Source: a bacterium | GTDB lineage: Bacteria; UBP15; UBA6099 | Assembly: GCA_041664945.1 (NCBI GenBank) | Contig: JBAYJY010000001.1 | Location: forward strand, 5,976-69,975 | Length of the DNA stretch: 64,000 nt | Reading direction: 5' to 3' | Part shown: positions 16,773 to 26,471 of the stretch, piece by piece | Position numbering within the stretch: position 1 is the stretch's first letter | Layout: each line of letters begins with the position of its first letter | Position numbers and translations under genes: made by a program | The notes under the pieces: generated by a model | What the model saw: the letters and a program-made list of their open reading frames with translations, nothing else | Database searches by the model: none | What the model was told of the DNA's origin: nothing

Positions 16773-17815
16773 TGGATTCGCAAAAGATAGCGGAAGTAAA
16801 TGAGAAGCTCGCGTCGCTGATGAAGAAGGCGTTTGCCGGCGGCACGGACGTTCGATTTGAAAACCGGAATGTGAAAACGTGCTGGATGATGACAGAATGC
16901 CCTAAAACGGAACATTGTCCGCTGCATGGCAGGGAGAATGTCCGGTGTTGGCAGATTCTGGGCACGTTTTCGGAAGAGGGCGGATGCTGCCGTCTGGCGG
17001 AAGTGCTTGACTGCCGCCAGTGCGAAGTATATCAGGCGAGCGTGACGAACGACCCGATGACGGAGATTGGCGAGACATTCAACAACATGATGCACTTGAT
17101 CGAGCGGACGCAGAGCCGGATGGTGGAAATGGAGAGGTTGGTGACGACGGGCAAACTGGCGGCGAGCATCGCGCACGACGTTAACAACCCGCTGTTCGGG
17201 ATATCGAACTATGTGGATCTGATCGTCACCCGTTCGGGCGGCGACGCGAAGACGGCGGAGTACTGCGGAGTGATCAAAGAGGCGCTGAAGCAGATACGGC
17301 AGGTCACGCGGGGTTTGCTTGAGATAGCGCAGCCGAGAGCGCCGCAGCCGGCGGACATCGACCCGCGCGTCATTTTGGACAAGACGCTTACGCTCATTGA
17401 GCCGAGAGCCGCGAAATTTCATATTTTAATTCGCCGAGAATACGATCCGGCGCTTGTATCGCTCCGGCTCGACCGCGAGGGAATGACAGAGGTTTTTCTG
17501 AATCTGATAATCAATGCGCTGGATTCGATGCCGGACGGCGGCGAGCTGACGGCGATCACGAAGCTGACGACGGGCGGGGCGGAAATAATTTTTCAGGACA
17601 CCGGCCACGGAATAGCCGAAGCCGACCTGCCGCGCATTTACGAATTGTTCTTCTCGAAGAAAAAGAAAGGCATCGGGACCGGCATAGGACTGTACACTGC
17701 GCGCAGGATCGTCGAGAACCACGGAGGCCGCATACATGCCGCCAGCAAAATCGGCGAAGGCTCTGTGTTCACGATAACGCTTCCTTCCCGGCCGGCTTCG
17801 CGAGGTGACGCTTGA
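16769..17815 (+). CDS. soluble sensor histidine kinase with an N-terminal Cys-rich (two-CW-like) domain
   Basis: H-box SIAHDVNNPL, and HATPase N/G boxes (NLIINALDS, DTGHGI, GTGIGL). No TM helix. CW..C..C..CW..CC..C..C block at 16880-17035. ATG 16769 overlaps the upstream stop. Confidence 0.8.
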   Translation: MMDSQKIAEVNEKLASLMKKAFAGGTDVRFENRNVKTCWMMTECPKTEHCPLHGRENVRCWQILGTFSEEGGCCRLAEVLDCRQCEVYQASVTNDPMTEIGETFNNMMHLIERTQSRMVEMERLVTTGKLAASIAHDVNNPLFGISNYVDLIVTRSGGDAKTAEYCGVIKEALKQIRQVTRGLLEIAQPRAPQPADIDPRVILDKTLTLIEPRAAKFHILIRREYDPALVSLRLDREGMTEVFLNLIINALDSMPDGGELTAITKLTTGGAEIIFQDTGHGIAEADLPRIYELFFSKKKKGIGTGIGLYTARRIVENHGGRIHAASKIGEGSVFTITLPSRPASRGDA

Positions 17816-19188
17816 ACAGGACCGTTCTCATAGTGGACGACGATGCGATCGTCCGCAACTCGCTGACCGAGTGCCTCGCAAACGAGGGGTACGCGACGAT
17901 GTCCGCGGGAAACGCCGACGAGGCGTTGGCGCTGCTCAACCGCAACGGAGCCGACATAGCCGTTCTCGACGTCAACCTGCCCGGCGGCGCGAGCGGCATG
18001 GAGTTGCTTAACAGCATAAAGAACGTTTCTCCCGGCACCGGCGTAGTCATCCTCACCGGCTACGGCACGGTCGAGGACGCTGTCGAGGCGATGAAGCGCG
18101 GAGCGGACGACTATCTGGTCAAGCCGTGCTCGATGGAAGAGCTGAAGATCGTGCTCGGACACATCGCGGGCCAGCAGGCGCTCCGCGATGAAAACATAGA
18201 ACTTCGAAAGCAGTTGGGGAAACAATACGAACTGGAAAATATCATCGGGCGCAGCTTCGCGATGAGGCGCGTGTTCGAGCGGATTGAGGCAGTGTCCGGG
18301 AGCGAAGCGAACGTGATGATCGAGGGCGAAACCGGGACGGGCAAGGACCTCGTGGCGCGCGCGCTGCACAAGCGCAGCCCGCGGCGGGAGAAGCCGTTCG
18401 TGAAAGTGGATTGCGCGGCGCTTCCTGAGACGTTGCTTGAGAGCGAACTGTTCGGGCACGAGAAGGGCGCTTACACCGGCGCGATGCACAGTCAGGCGGG
18501 CCGGTTCGAGCAGGCCGACGGCGGCGTCCTTTTTCTCGACGAAGTCGGAAACCTTTCGCTCGCCACGCAGGCGAAGCTGCTGAATGTCATACAGGACCGC
18601 GAGTTCACGCGTCTCGGCGGAGACAAGCGAATCAGCGTCGACATCCGCCTGATATGCGCCTCGAACGTGGATCTCGAAACCGCAGTCTCAGCCGGCGCGT
18701 TTAGAGACGACCTGTATTTCCGGGTCAACGTCGTGCCGGTCCGGTTGCCTCCTTTGCGCGAGAGGCCGGAGGATGTGCCGATTCTCGCCAACGCGTTTCT
18801 CGAACGCTACTTGCGCGACAACAAGCGGACGGGCCTTCGGATTACAAGCGAGGCGATGGACAAACTCTGCGTCTATCAGTGGCCGGGAAACGTGCGCGAA
18901 CTCGAAAACACGATTGAGCGCGTTGTCATTCTGACTCACGGCGATGAGATCGGGGCGATCAATCTGCCGAAAAAGATAGGGAAGCCGGACACGCCGACTC
19001 CGCAGAAGAATTTTCTGCCGAGCACGGTGACCCTGAAGGACGCCACTGAGGAATATGAGGCGCGCGTCATCCGCGCCGTGCTCGGCGAATTCGACGGCAA
19101 CCGCGAGCAAACCTCCGCCCGCCTTGGCATAACCCGCGTCACCCTCTACAACAAAATGAAACGTTACGGAATGCTCGAAAACGAATAG
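17812..19188 (+). CDS. sigma-54-dependent Fis-family response regulator (NtrC type)
   Basis: REC domain (LIVDDD..DVNLPG), AAA+ domain (GETGTGKDLVARALH, GAFRDDLYFR), C-terminal HTH. Confidence 0.9.
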   Translation: MNRTVLIVDDDAIVRNSLTECLANEGYATMSAGNADEALALLNRNGADIAVLDVNLPGGASGMELLNSIKNVSPGTGVVILTGYGTVEDAVEAMKRGADDYLVKPCSMEELKIVLGHIAGQQALRDENIELRKQLGKQYELENIIGRSFAMRRVFERIEAVSGSEANVMIEGETGTGKDLVARALHKRSPRREKPFVKVDCAALPETLLESELFGHEKGAYTGAMHSQAGRFEQADGGVLFLDEVGNLSLATQAKLLNVIQDREFTRLGGDKRISVDIRLICASNVDLETAVSAGAFRDDLYFRVNVVPVRLPPLRERPEDVPILANAFLERYLRDNKRTGLRITSEAMDKLCVYQWPGNVRELENTIERVVILTHGDEIGAINLPKKIGKPDTPTPQKNFLPSTVTLKDATEEYEARVIRAVLGEFDGNREQTSARLGITRVTLYNKMKRYGMLENE

Positions 19189-19273
19189 GCAATAGGATGC
19201 AGCATGCTGCGCCACTGCGGATTCAAAGGGCCTCTGTAGTTATTCTTTTTTTTGTTTTTTTGGAATTGAATGT

Positions 19274-20257
19274 TTATTTCTCTGATTGCCAACAATTGAA
19301 GAGTTTGCCGGCGATGCTGCGAATTTCGGCGGAGTCTTCGACGCGCTCGATCCAGCGCAGCGGGATTCCCCATGTTCCGTTCCACGCGCCGGAGATCGCG
19401 CCTGCGACGGCGGCGGTTGTGTCGGCGTCCTCGCCGCCCATGACGGCGGAGATGGCGGTTGTTTCGAAATCGCCGGGCGTTTTGAGAAAACAGAATACGG
19501 CGCTGGCGACTGTTTCGACAACGTAGCCGCCGGTTCCGAGCGTATGAATGGCGGCGCCGGTCGCGACTCCTTCGAGCAACAATTTTTTTGCGAGCGCGAG
19601 ACGTTCGGCGACTTTGCAGGGTCCGATGAATTTGACGCATTCGTCGATAAGAGCGGGAGAGGCTTCCTTCAGGTCGTTCTGGCAGACGCCGCGCGCCACG
19701 AAGAAATTTATGGCGCGGCTGCCCGCGACGGCTTCCTCATTGTTGTGTGTGATTATCGCGTCGGCGCGGGATTCATCTTTGAGTTTGTCTGGCTTGTCGC
19801 AGAAAAGCAATCCGATTGGGGCGCAGCGCATCGCAGTTCCGTTGCCGGCGGCGTATTCGCCGGTTTTACCGCTTTCGGACCACAGGGCGCCTTTTTTCAG
19901 GCGCAGGATGGATTCGATTGTGGTGTGTCCTATGCCGCGCAGGTCGCCGGTGTCGAACCATTCGAGGTAGGCGCGGGCGATGTCGGCGGAGTCGACGCGG
20001 CCGCCGCTGCGGATGATGCTGCGTGCGAGCTGGAGCGCCATCTTCGTGTCGTCGGTCCACTGTCCGGCGCGGAGCCCGTTTTCCTTGCCGGGGTAGAAGT
20101 CGTCCACCTTGTGGCCGAGCTTGCTGACGATCCACGGGGCGCGCAACCCTTCAAACGGCATGCCGAGCGCGTCCCCGATGGCGAGGCCGAGCAGGCAACC
20201 TTCGAATTTGGATGGATCGGCGTTCAACTCAGCCTCCATTAATCTGCTTGAGAGCAA
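19274..20257 (-). CDS. ADP-ribosylglycohydrolase family protein
   Basis: GLAIGDALGMPFEG, WTDDTKMAL, GNGTAMR, GGEDADTTAAVAGAISGA. Confidence 0.85.
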   Translation of the reverse strand: MLSSRLMEAELNADPSKFEGCLLGLAIGDALGMPFEGLRAPWIVSKLGHKVDDFYPGKENGLRAGQWTDDTKMALQLARSIIRSGGRVDSADIARAYLEWFDTGDLRGIGHTTIESILRLKKGALWSESGKTGEYAAGNGTAMRCAPIGLLFCDKPDKLKDESRADAIITHNNEEAVAGSRAINFFVARGVCQNDLKEASPALIDECVKFIGPCKVAERLALAKKLLLEGVATGAAIHTLGTGGYVVETVASAVFCFLKTPGDFETTAISAVMGGEDADTTAAVAGAISGAWNGTWGIPLRWIERVEDSAEIRSIAGKLFNCWQSEK

Positions 20258-20337
20258 TTCGCCCGAAACATAATTATAGACCGTCTGAGGCCGGGACGGT
20301 CAAATTATTTTTTATCTTTGAAATAGGAAGAAATGAA

Positions 20338-21165
20338 TCAGTCGAGGGTGAGTTCGCCGGGCCGCGCGTCGCGAGCTTCAGGGATGCCGAGCAGTTTCTT
20401 CATGATCTTCGCGCTTTTCGGAGCGTGGCCGAAGTGGCAGTTATTGAAGAAAAGCAACACCGGGTCGCCGGCAGAGGCGAGGCGCCCGATTTTAGGGAGC
20501 CATTCGCGCAGTTCGCGCTCGGAATAATCGTAGTTATATCTGTCTGAGCCGGGGCGCGGTTTGTGCCAGTCGATGTCGTTGCGGCCGTGGAAGCGTATGT
20601 AAGCGGCGCCGGCGGTCGACTCGGCGACGGGCGGCATGAGGCCGGCGAGTTGCGGTTCATCAACACTGCACCAGCCGATATTCTGTTCGCGCAGACGGGC
20701 GAAGATATCGTCTCGCAGCCACGAGTCATGCCGGAACTCGGCGAAGAGCGGCGTTCGCTCAAACTTGAGCCGCGCCCAGCAGAGATATGAAAAATTGTCG
20801 TCGGAATATTTGAAACTGAACGGGAACTGCGCGAGCAGGCCGAGCAGGCGACTGTTGTCTTCGAGCGGGCGGAGAGCTTCGCTGAAATCCCGGAACGGTT
20901 GCAGGTCGCCGGAGCGTTCGTGTGTCATGGACTGGTGGAGTTTTACGGTGAATGAGAATGAATCGTCCGTGCGGCGGACCATGTCGGCGAAGGAGCGGGC
21001 GGACGGAATGCGATAGTAAGAAGAATTGATTTCGAGAGTGTCGAAGAAGTTCGCGTAATATTCGAGATGTTTGTCACGGCGCATGCTTTCGGGATAAAAA
21101 GGGCCGGTCCAGTCTTTGAAGCTGAACCCGGATGTTCCGATTCTTATGCGGTCAGCGGTATCCAC
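20338..21165 (-). CDS. DUF72 (YecE/UPF0759) family protein
   Basis: IRIGTSGFSFKDWTGPFYP..LEINSSYYRIP..AYIRFHGRN. Confidence 0.85.
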   Translation of the reverse strand: MDTADRIRIGTSGFSFKDWTGPFYPESMRRDKHLEYYANFFDTLEINSSYYRIPSARSFADMVRRTDDSFSFTVKLHQSMTHERSGDLQPFRDFSEALRPLEDNSRLLGLLAQFPFSFKYSDDNFSYLCWARLKFERTPLFAEFRHDSWLRDDIFARLREQNIGWCSVDEPQLAGLMPPVAESTAGAAYIRFHGRNDIDWHKPRPGSDRYNYDYSERELREWLPKIGRLASAGDPVLLFFNNCHFGHAPKSAKIMKKLLGIPEARDARPGELTLD

Positions 21166-21829
21166 TGTTTACGCCTTTCAGGAAGACGAAGGAGACGCCG
21201 TCCATGACGCGCCGTTCGAGTCCGCGTTTCGATTTGCTGACAAGGAACATGGATCCGTGCGCTTCCGGATACAGGAGAATACCGTTTTGAGAAAGCTGGT
21301 TGACGAGAATCATTTCGTCGAACCAGCGGCCGGCGCCGGCTGTGAGGTAGATGCGGTCGAACGGAGCTTCGCCGGGCAACCCGGCGGAGCCGTCGCCGGC
21401 GATAACGCGTGTGTTGCCGGAGAGGCCGAGGCGCGAGAGATTATTTTCCGCTTCGAGAGCGAGATCGGGATCGATTTCTATGGAGAAGAGGTTGCCGCCG
21501 GGCGAAATGAGTTGGGCCGCAACGGCGGCGCTGTAGCCGCAGCCAGCGCCTATTTCGAGGACTTTCAATCCGGGCTTCAGGTCGAGGAGGGTCGCCATGG
21601 CGGCGACCATGCTTGGTTGCGAGCATGTCTGGTGGCCGGCGATGGGGACTGGGGAATCATCGTAGATGTCGGGGCCGGCGGCAGGGACGAAGGCGGCGCG
21701 GTCGGCGCTGCGCATAACGTCAATAACCGTGTCGTCGAAACGTTCGATGCCGAGGTAGCGCCGGCGGTTTGCGACGATGTCGATCAGTTCGTCGTTGGTT
21801 TTAGGCGTTCGGAAATCGAAAGGACTCAC
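21152..21829 (-). CDS. pcm: protein-L-isoaspartate O-methyltransferase
   Basis: QTCSQPSMVA, SAM motif VLEIGAGCGYSAAV, DRIYLTAGA. Confidence 0.85.
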   Translation of the reverse strand: MSPFDFRTPKTNDELIDIVANRRRYLGIERFDDTVIDVMRSADRAAFVPAAGPDIYDDSPVPIAGHQTCSQPSMVAAMATLLDLKPGLKVLEIGAGCGYSAAVAAQLISPGGNLFSIEIDPDLALEAENNLSRLGLSGNTRVIAGDGSAGLPGEAPFDRIYLTAGAGRWFDEMILVNQLSQNGILLYPEAHGSMFLVSKSKRGLERRVMDGVSFVFLKGVNSGYR

Positions 21830-21832
21830 TCC

Positions 21833-24800
21833 TCAGAAATTGGCGGTGAGAGCGAAATCGAAAATCGTGCCCGAGTAATCGGTCGTCCCGGTTGGCGACG
21901 AAGAATATTTCTGGTGTTTCAGGTTGAACTCGGCGGTGAAAACGCGGCTGAGTTTGTAATCGGCGCCCAGAATGATTTCGTCTTTTTTAGAGGATGTGGA
22001 CGCTGTTTTGTATTCGGTGGCATTGTAATTCAAGCGTGTTTTGAACTTGTCGGAAAGCAGATATTTCACTTCTTCTGTAAAGATGTTGGTTTCCGCGCTG
22101 CCGGAAGATTTCCGTGAGTCGTACTTAGTGGTGAAAATAAGGTTCTTAGACGGGAAATAGCCGACGCCGAGAATGTATTGGCTTTCGTCAGAACTGGAGG
22201 AGGAAGAGCTTGAGGAGTCGCGCCGGCTGGTGTCCTTGATGCTTAAGCCGCCGTCGAACTTGCCTTTTTGGTCCGGATTGTATCTGAAGTAGATGCCGAG
22301 GGAATCGGATTTGGAGCGGGAGCTGCCGGTGACTTCCGAGACGACGGAGTCGAGAGAGGGCTCTGCGATCCACATGCGGGCGATTCTATAGCCGAACATG
22401 GAGTTGAAGGAATCGGTTTTAGTGCTGCCTGTCAACTGGCTGGGGAGGTCCTGTCTGTAGAAAGCGACGGAGACGCGGGTGACGCGGCCGAAAGGATTGG
22501 CGGCGATGGCGAGGCGGACGGTGTCCCACGACTCGTTGCTGACGCCGGGCCGCGAGTCTGTTTTAGCTTGGAGGAGCATGTTGCCGACGAGACTCCAGAT
22601 TTTGTTCGGCAGGTAAGCCACGTCGAGCCCGCGGGCTTTCGAGTTCGCCTTGTAACTTGAGTTCGCGCCGTAAATAGCGGGAGCGATGGAGTCGATGTCG
22701 TTTGTTTCGTAATATGTGTTGAGTTTGAGTTTTTCGCCGGGGTTCCAGTTGACGCCGAAGTGGCGTTTTGTCATGTTCTTGTCGCTGAGATTGCCCGATT
22801 TGTCTCTGAAATCGCTGTCCGATAACGAAGTGTCGAGCACGAGTTTATTGCCCGGCAGGGCGGCGTATCGCAGTTTAAGTTCGTTGACGGTGCGGGTGTC
22901 GTCGAGTTTGCGGACCGCGAGGTTATCGCTTGATTTGTAATCCGTGCTTGTGAGTGAAATTTCCTGAAATCTTTTCCTGCTTGTCGATATGCCGAAGGTT
23001 GTTTTGTCGTACTGGTTTTTATTTCCAGTGGAGAAATCGTGCATGCGGTCATAAGAAAGGAAGTCGCTGAAAAGCTTAACATTTTTTATTAGTTTTAAGC
23101 TTGCTGAACCGGCGATACGGTTGTGTTCCATGTTGTTGTAGTCGTTGATCGGGGCGAAAGAGGCATCTTTAGAGATCATCTCCGCCTTGGCGTCGACTAA
23201 CTTGCTTTTGAAGTCGACGAGGCCTCGCAGGGCGTTGCCAGTGCCTACTGGGTTCGCGCCGGTGTCGGGCTTATAGTGGTAGTTTGCGAGAATAGTCGTT
23301 CCGGGCGGCATAATGACGGTATTGTTGAAGGTGAGCCTATAGCGTTTGCCGATCGAGTCGTAGTCGATAGTGTAGTCGGATAGCCGCGTTTTCCGGTTGC
23401 TGATGGAGATGAGATCGTCGAAGAAAATCTCCTCAGAGCCGGGGACGAGAATCTGATCGGTGGCGAAGTAGTAGACTCGGCCGGACGTGGAGGTGACGGT
23501 GGCGATGTATTCTTCGGTCACCGGAACGTTCTTCGAACTGAGGTCGGCGGTCGACTGCGAGAATTCGCTTTCGACATAGAGATTCTTGGTCAGATTTGAT
23601 TTGACGAAAGCGTCGTAGATTTTTCTATCTGATTTCTGTTCGGATGGGCTTGTTTTCTGAACGTATAGATAGCTAATCACCACCATTTTGTTGTCGGTAG
23701 GAATGCGGCTGGAATGGAGGACGATCTGATTGCTTGATTCTATGATCTCATAGTCGCCCGCGCAGGTGAGGCTGTTGCATGTATAAGGGATCATTACTTC
23801 GCAGGAACCCAGGTCGCCGACGGAGCAATATCTGACGGAGCCGTTTTCAGAGCCTCCGTAAATCTCGCTTCTGGAGAGAGTGTAGGGCCCTGTTCCGTGG
23901 ATCTCCTCATTTTCCATTTTCCGCACGTATTTTGAATTGTAGTACGAATAGGCCACGGAAACGCTCTGGGTGGTAGTATTGAGGAAAGTGATAGCGCCGC
24001 GTTCGTAGTCGATAGTATAGTCGAAGTTGCGGATGAGCGATCCGACGGATGTGGAGACTACTTCCGTTTCCTTTTCGAGCAGAGTGGCGCCGAGCGGTTT
24101 CGATACGCCGACATCGGCGACGGTTACGGTCGCAAAATTGGCGCTGCCCGCCAGAAGAACTGATTGCGTGAGATCGTTAGCGCCTTCTGTGATGGCTGAA
24201 GCGCCGATGGTGAATTTACTGTTTGTCGGAGAGTATTCGAGGCCGAACGCGTTGATCGAGCCGGTTTTAATCTCGAACAGCATCTGGGATTCATAATAGA
24301 CTTCGATAATCTGTGACGGGTCGACATTGTATTTGAACGTGATGTCGCCGCGGAAATAGTCGACAGTGTAGTCTGAGCGCGGGATGGACGCGCCGTCGAT
24401 GCGGACATCCTCAGAGCCTTCGAGGAGCGAGAAGGTGCCGAGGTTGTAGGGGCCGCGTTTGTTTTGTCCGACGAAGGTGATGCGCTGCGTTTTGCTTTTT
24501 TGCCTGGATACGATAGCGGTGGCTTTCAGGCCGCCGTAGTTGTAGTTGAAATCCACGCCGCGCACTGTTTTTGAGAAACCGACCATTTTGTCGCCGGGGA
24601 ATAGGGCGGAGAAATCGCCGAGCCGCGAGGCGCCGCGCCTGCCTGTAATGTTCAGGGTCATCGACCGGTCCTGATAAGGAATCTCTGTGAAATTGCCGGA
24701 CAAAGTGAGGTTGCGCGGCAGCGTTCCGTTGATGTTGATCATGGATGTTTGCTCTAATTTAGAGTTAAAATAGAGCAGGCTGTTGTTGGAGAGAAACTGG

Positions 24801-25024
24801 TTTTTGTCGCCGGAAGAGGAGTAGTTTTTCCAGCGCATGGTTCTGTATCCGGATATTTTGAGGTCGCCGAGATCGGGCTCTTTTTTCTGATCGGCAGGTT
24901 TGGCGGTTTCGGCCGTGGTTGCCGGAGGCTCGGGGCCGGCGGTTTCAGCCAGCGCGGCGGCGGGCAGCAATAACGCGGCTCCAACAATCAAAAAGATGAA
25001 GAACTTGCTTATCCGGTCACGCAT
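21833..25024 (-). CDS. large (1063 aa) predicted outer-membrane beta-barrel protein, function unknown
   Basis: Signal peptide KFFIFLIVGAALLLPAAALA. Alternating beta-strand-like pattern throughout. C-terminal aromatic residue (..LTANF). RBS AGGAGA. Contains a run of 10 Ser. Confidence 0.6.
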   Translation of the reverse strand: MRDRISKFFIFLIVGAALLLPAAALAETAGPEPPATTAETAKPADQKKEPDLGDLKISGYRTMRWKNYSSSGDKNQFLSNNSLLYFNSKLEQTSMININGTLPRNLTLSGNFTEIPYQDRSMTLNITGRRGASRLGDFSALFPGDKMVGFSKTVRGVDFNYNYGGLKATAIVSRQKSKTQRITFVGQNKRGPYNLGTFSLLEGSEDVRIDGASIPRSDYTVDYFRGDITFKYNVDPSQIIEVYYESQMLFEIKTGSINAFGLEYSPTNSKFTIGASAITEGANDLTQSVLLAGSANFATVTVADVGVSKPLGATLLEKETEVVSTSVGSLIRNFDYTIDYERGAITFLNTTTQSVSVAYSYYNSKYVRKMENEEIHGTGPYTLSRSEIYGGSENGSVRYCSVGDLGSCEVMIPYTCNSLTCAGDYEIIESSNQIVLHSSRIPTDNKMVVISYLYVQKTSPSEQKSDRKIYDAFVKSNLTKNLYVESEFSQSTADLSSKNVPVTEEYIATVTSTSGRVYYFATDQILVPGSEEIFFDDLISISNRKTRLSDYTIDYDSIGKRYRLTFNNTVIMPPGTTILANYHYKPDTGANPVGTGNALRGLVDFKSKLVDAKAEMISKDASFAPINDYNNMEHNRIAGSASLKLIKNVKLFSDFLSYDRMHDFSTGNKNQYDKTTFGISTSRKRFQEISLTSTDYKSSDNLAVRKLDDTRTVNELKLRYAALPGNKLVLDTSLSDSDFRDKSGNLSDKNMTKRHFGVNWNPGEKLKLNTYYETNDIDSIAPAIYGANSSYKANSKARGLDVAYLPNKIWSLVGNMLLQAKTDSRPGVSNESWDTVRLAIAANPFGRVTRVSVAFYRQDLPSQLTGSTKTDSFNSMFGYRIARMWIAEPSLDSVVSEVTGSSRSKSDSLGIYFRYNPDQKGKFDGGLSIKDTSRRDSSSSSSSSSDESQYILGVGYFPSKNLIFTTKYDSRKSSGSAETNIFTEEVKYLLSDKFKTRLNYNATEYKTASTSSKKDEIILGADYKLSRVFTAEFNLKHQKYSSSPTGTTDYSGTIFDFALTANF

Positions 25025-25113
25025 ATTGATTCTCCTAAGTTGTTTATCTTAATCCGGAATAGTGTTGTCTCCGAATATTGCCGAACAGGCCGGCGCCATC
25101 ATTAGATGCAGCG

Positions 25114-25142
25114 ATTTTAGCATATTATTAATAACAGACCAA
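25114..25142 (-). promoter_or_regulatory. candidate sigma-70 promoter (TTGGTC-N17-TAAAAT) for the OMP operon
   Basis: Hexamers read on the minus strand, about 85 nt upstream of the ATG at 25024. Confidence 0.3.
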
Positions 25143-25268
25143 ACATAATTCTAATATCTGATTCTAAATATAGAAGTGGGCGGAGGAAAAAGAAAAAGCA
25201 TTAAACCTGATAATTCGAAAATTTTTACGCTTCAACCGGAATTAGTTTTACCGCAAAAGAAGCGCTTA

Positions 25269-26471
25269 TTAAGTTACGCCCATGGAAGCTCCCATGGCGG
25301 CGCCTAAGCAGGCGAGAGTTGTGGGAGCGTCGCCGGGAACAGAAAGAAATTCCACGCGGGAGGCGGGGCATGCGGCGATTCCGTTCGCTGCGCAATATTC
25401 ATTCATCGCTTCAGCGATTGGCGCCGATAGGACGGAATGGGTCGTCGTGTTGTATCCGGAACCGGTTGCGAAAATCATTTCGGCCGGCGGAAGCCCGGCC
25501 TCGACGCGTTCTTTCTGCATTATATAAAGGATGTGGCCGATGAATTCGGCCTGAACGAAGAACGCGGCGATCGCGTTCGGGTCGCTGGAGGCGAGGCGCT
25601 TGTCGAGTTCCGGAGGCGCGATGTTGCCGCAGGTTAGCCAGGAATAAACAAATGGCGCGAAGGCGGCGGCGCCCGGCACATCGGCGAAAACCTCGCCGGG
25701 GGGCATTCGCTCGGCGGCTACGCGCGCGAAAAGTTTCGCGATGCGGAGTTCGACAGGCGATGGCGACAGCCGTTTTTCTTTTTTAGCCTTGTCGCGAAGA
25801 AGCGATGCCCATTCGGAGGCGTCGCCCGGCGAGACCTGAACCGGGTGATTCTTCAGCGGTCCGGCGTTAGCCCGTTCGAGCGCCCGAAAGATAAGTTTCG
25901 CGGAAAGTCCGGTCGAAAATGTGACGGCATAACCGGGATCGTCATTTGCATACAGGAATGGAACCCAGATCGGTTTCTTCGAAACCGTGTAGCTGCGTAG
26001 GCGTATAGAAAGGTCGGGTTCGCAGGATACGCCGCCGAAACCGGTGCCGATGCTGAATATGATGGCGGGTTTCGGGGGTCGCAGCGCGTAAACCGGGGCC
26101 CACGCGTCTTTGTAAAGGAAAGTGGGGGCGCCCGTGCGTTTTTGGACGTTGTCCCGAAGAGGCGTATTTTTCATGCCGGTGTTGTACGATTCGGCGATTA
26201 CGCCGTTCTCGACGAAACCGGCGCTGCAGACGCCTATAGCGGATACTTGGGCTCCGGCCGCGAGCTCTTTGACCGCCGAGGCCATCGCCGCCTCGATGCG
26301 CTCCGACTTTTCGGAATGTTTCAGCTTTTTCGCGCCGCCGAAAATCACGTCGTACTTTCTGTTTTCGAGCGCCCGCGAAAATTCAAGCGCGCCCGCCGCG
26401 TTTTTTTTGAAAAGCGCGGCGGCGAGTTTCGTGCCGCCGAGGTCGAGTCCAATCACCAATTCTTCGCCCAT
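25269..26471 (-). CDS. ASKHA-superfamily (ROK/sugar-kinase-like) protein
   Basis: N-terminal phosphate-1 motif VIGLDLGGTKLAAALF and later FSIGTGFGG. The rest is divergent. Start placed at the second Met (MGEEL). Confidence 0.5.
   Translation of the reverse strand: MGEELVIGLDLGGTKLAAALFKKNAAGALEFSRALENRKYDVIFGGAKKLKHSEKSERIEAAMASAVKELAAGAQVSAIGVCSAGFVENGVIAESYNTGMKNTPLRDNVQKRTGAPTFLYKDAWAPVYALRPPKPAIIFSIGTGFGGVSCEPDLSIRLRSYTVSKKPIWVPFLYANDDPGYAVTFSTGLSAKLIFRALERANAGPLKNHPVQVSPGDASEWASLLRDKAKKEKRLSPSPVELRIAKLFARVAAERMPPGEVFADVPGAAAFAPFVYSWLTCGNIAPPELDKRLASSDPNAIAAFFVQAEFIGHILYIMQKERVEAGLPPAEMIFATGSGYNTTTHSVLSAPIAEAMNEYCAANGIAACPASRVEFLSVPGDAPTTLACLGAAMGASMGVT

Noticed and set aside
19199-19210. 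Perfect palindrome GCAGCATGCTGC just after the response-regulator stop
   Set aside because: It is too short and has no loop to be a convincing terminator stem, and no second copy was seen. The T-rich tract further on is separated from it.
17638-20242. Antisense ORFs 17638..18489 (-) and 19286..20242 (+)
   Set aside because: They lie opposite the NtrC-type regulator and the ADP-ribosylglycohydrolase genes and have shadow-ORF composition.
20279-20313. Hairpin GACCGTC..GACGGTC followed by a T-run on the plus strand
   Set aside because: No plus-strand gene ends here, and on the minus strand there is no T-run. At most it is a weak or bidirectional structure between the DUF72 and ADP-ribosylglycohydrolase genes.
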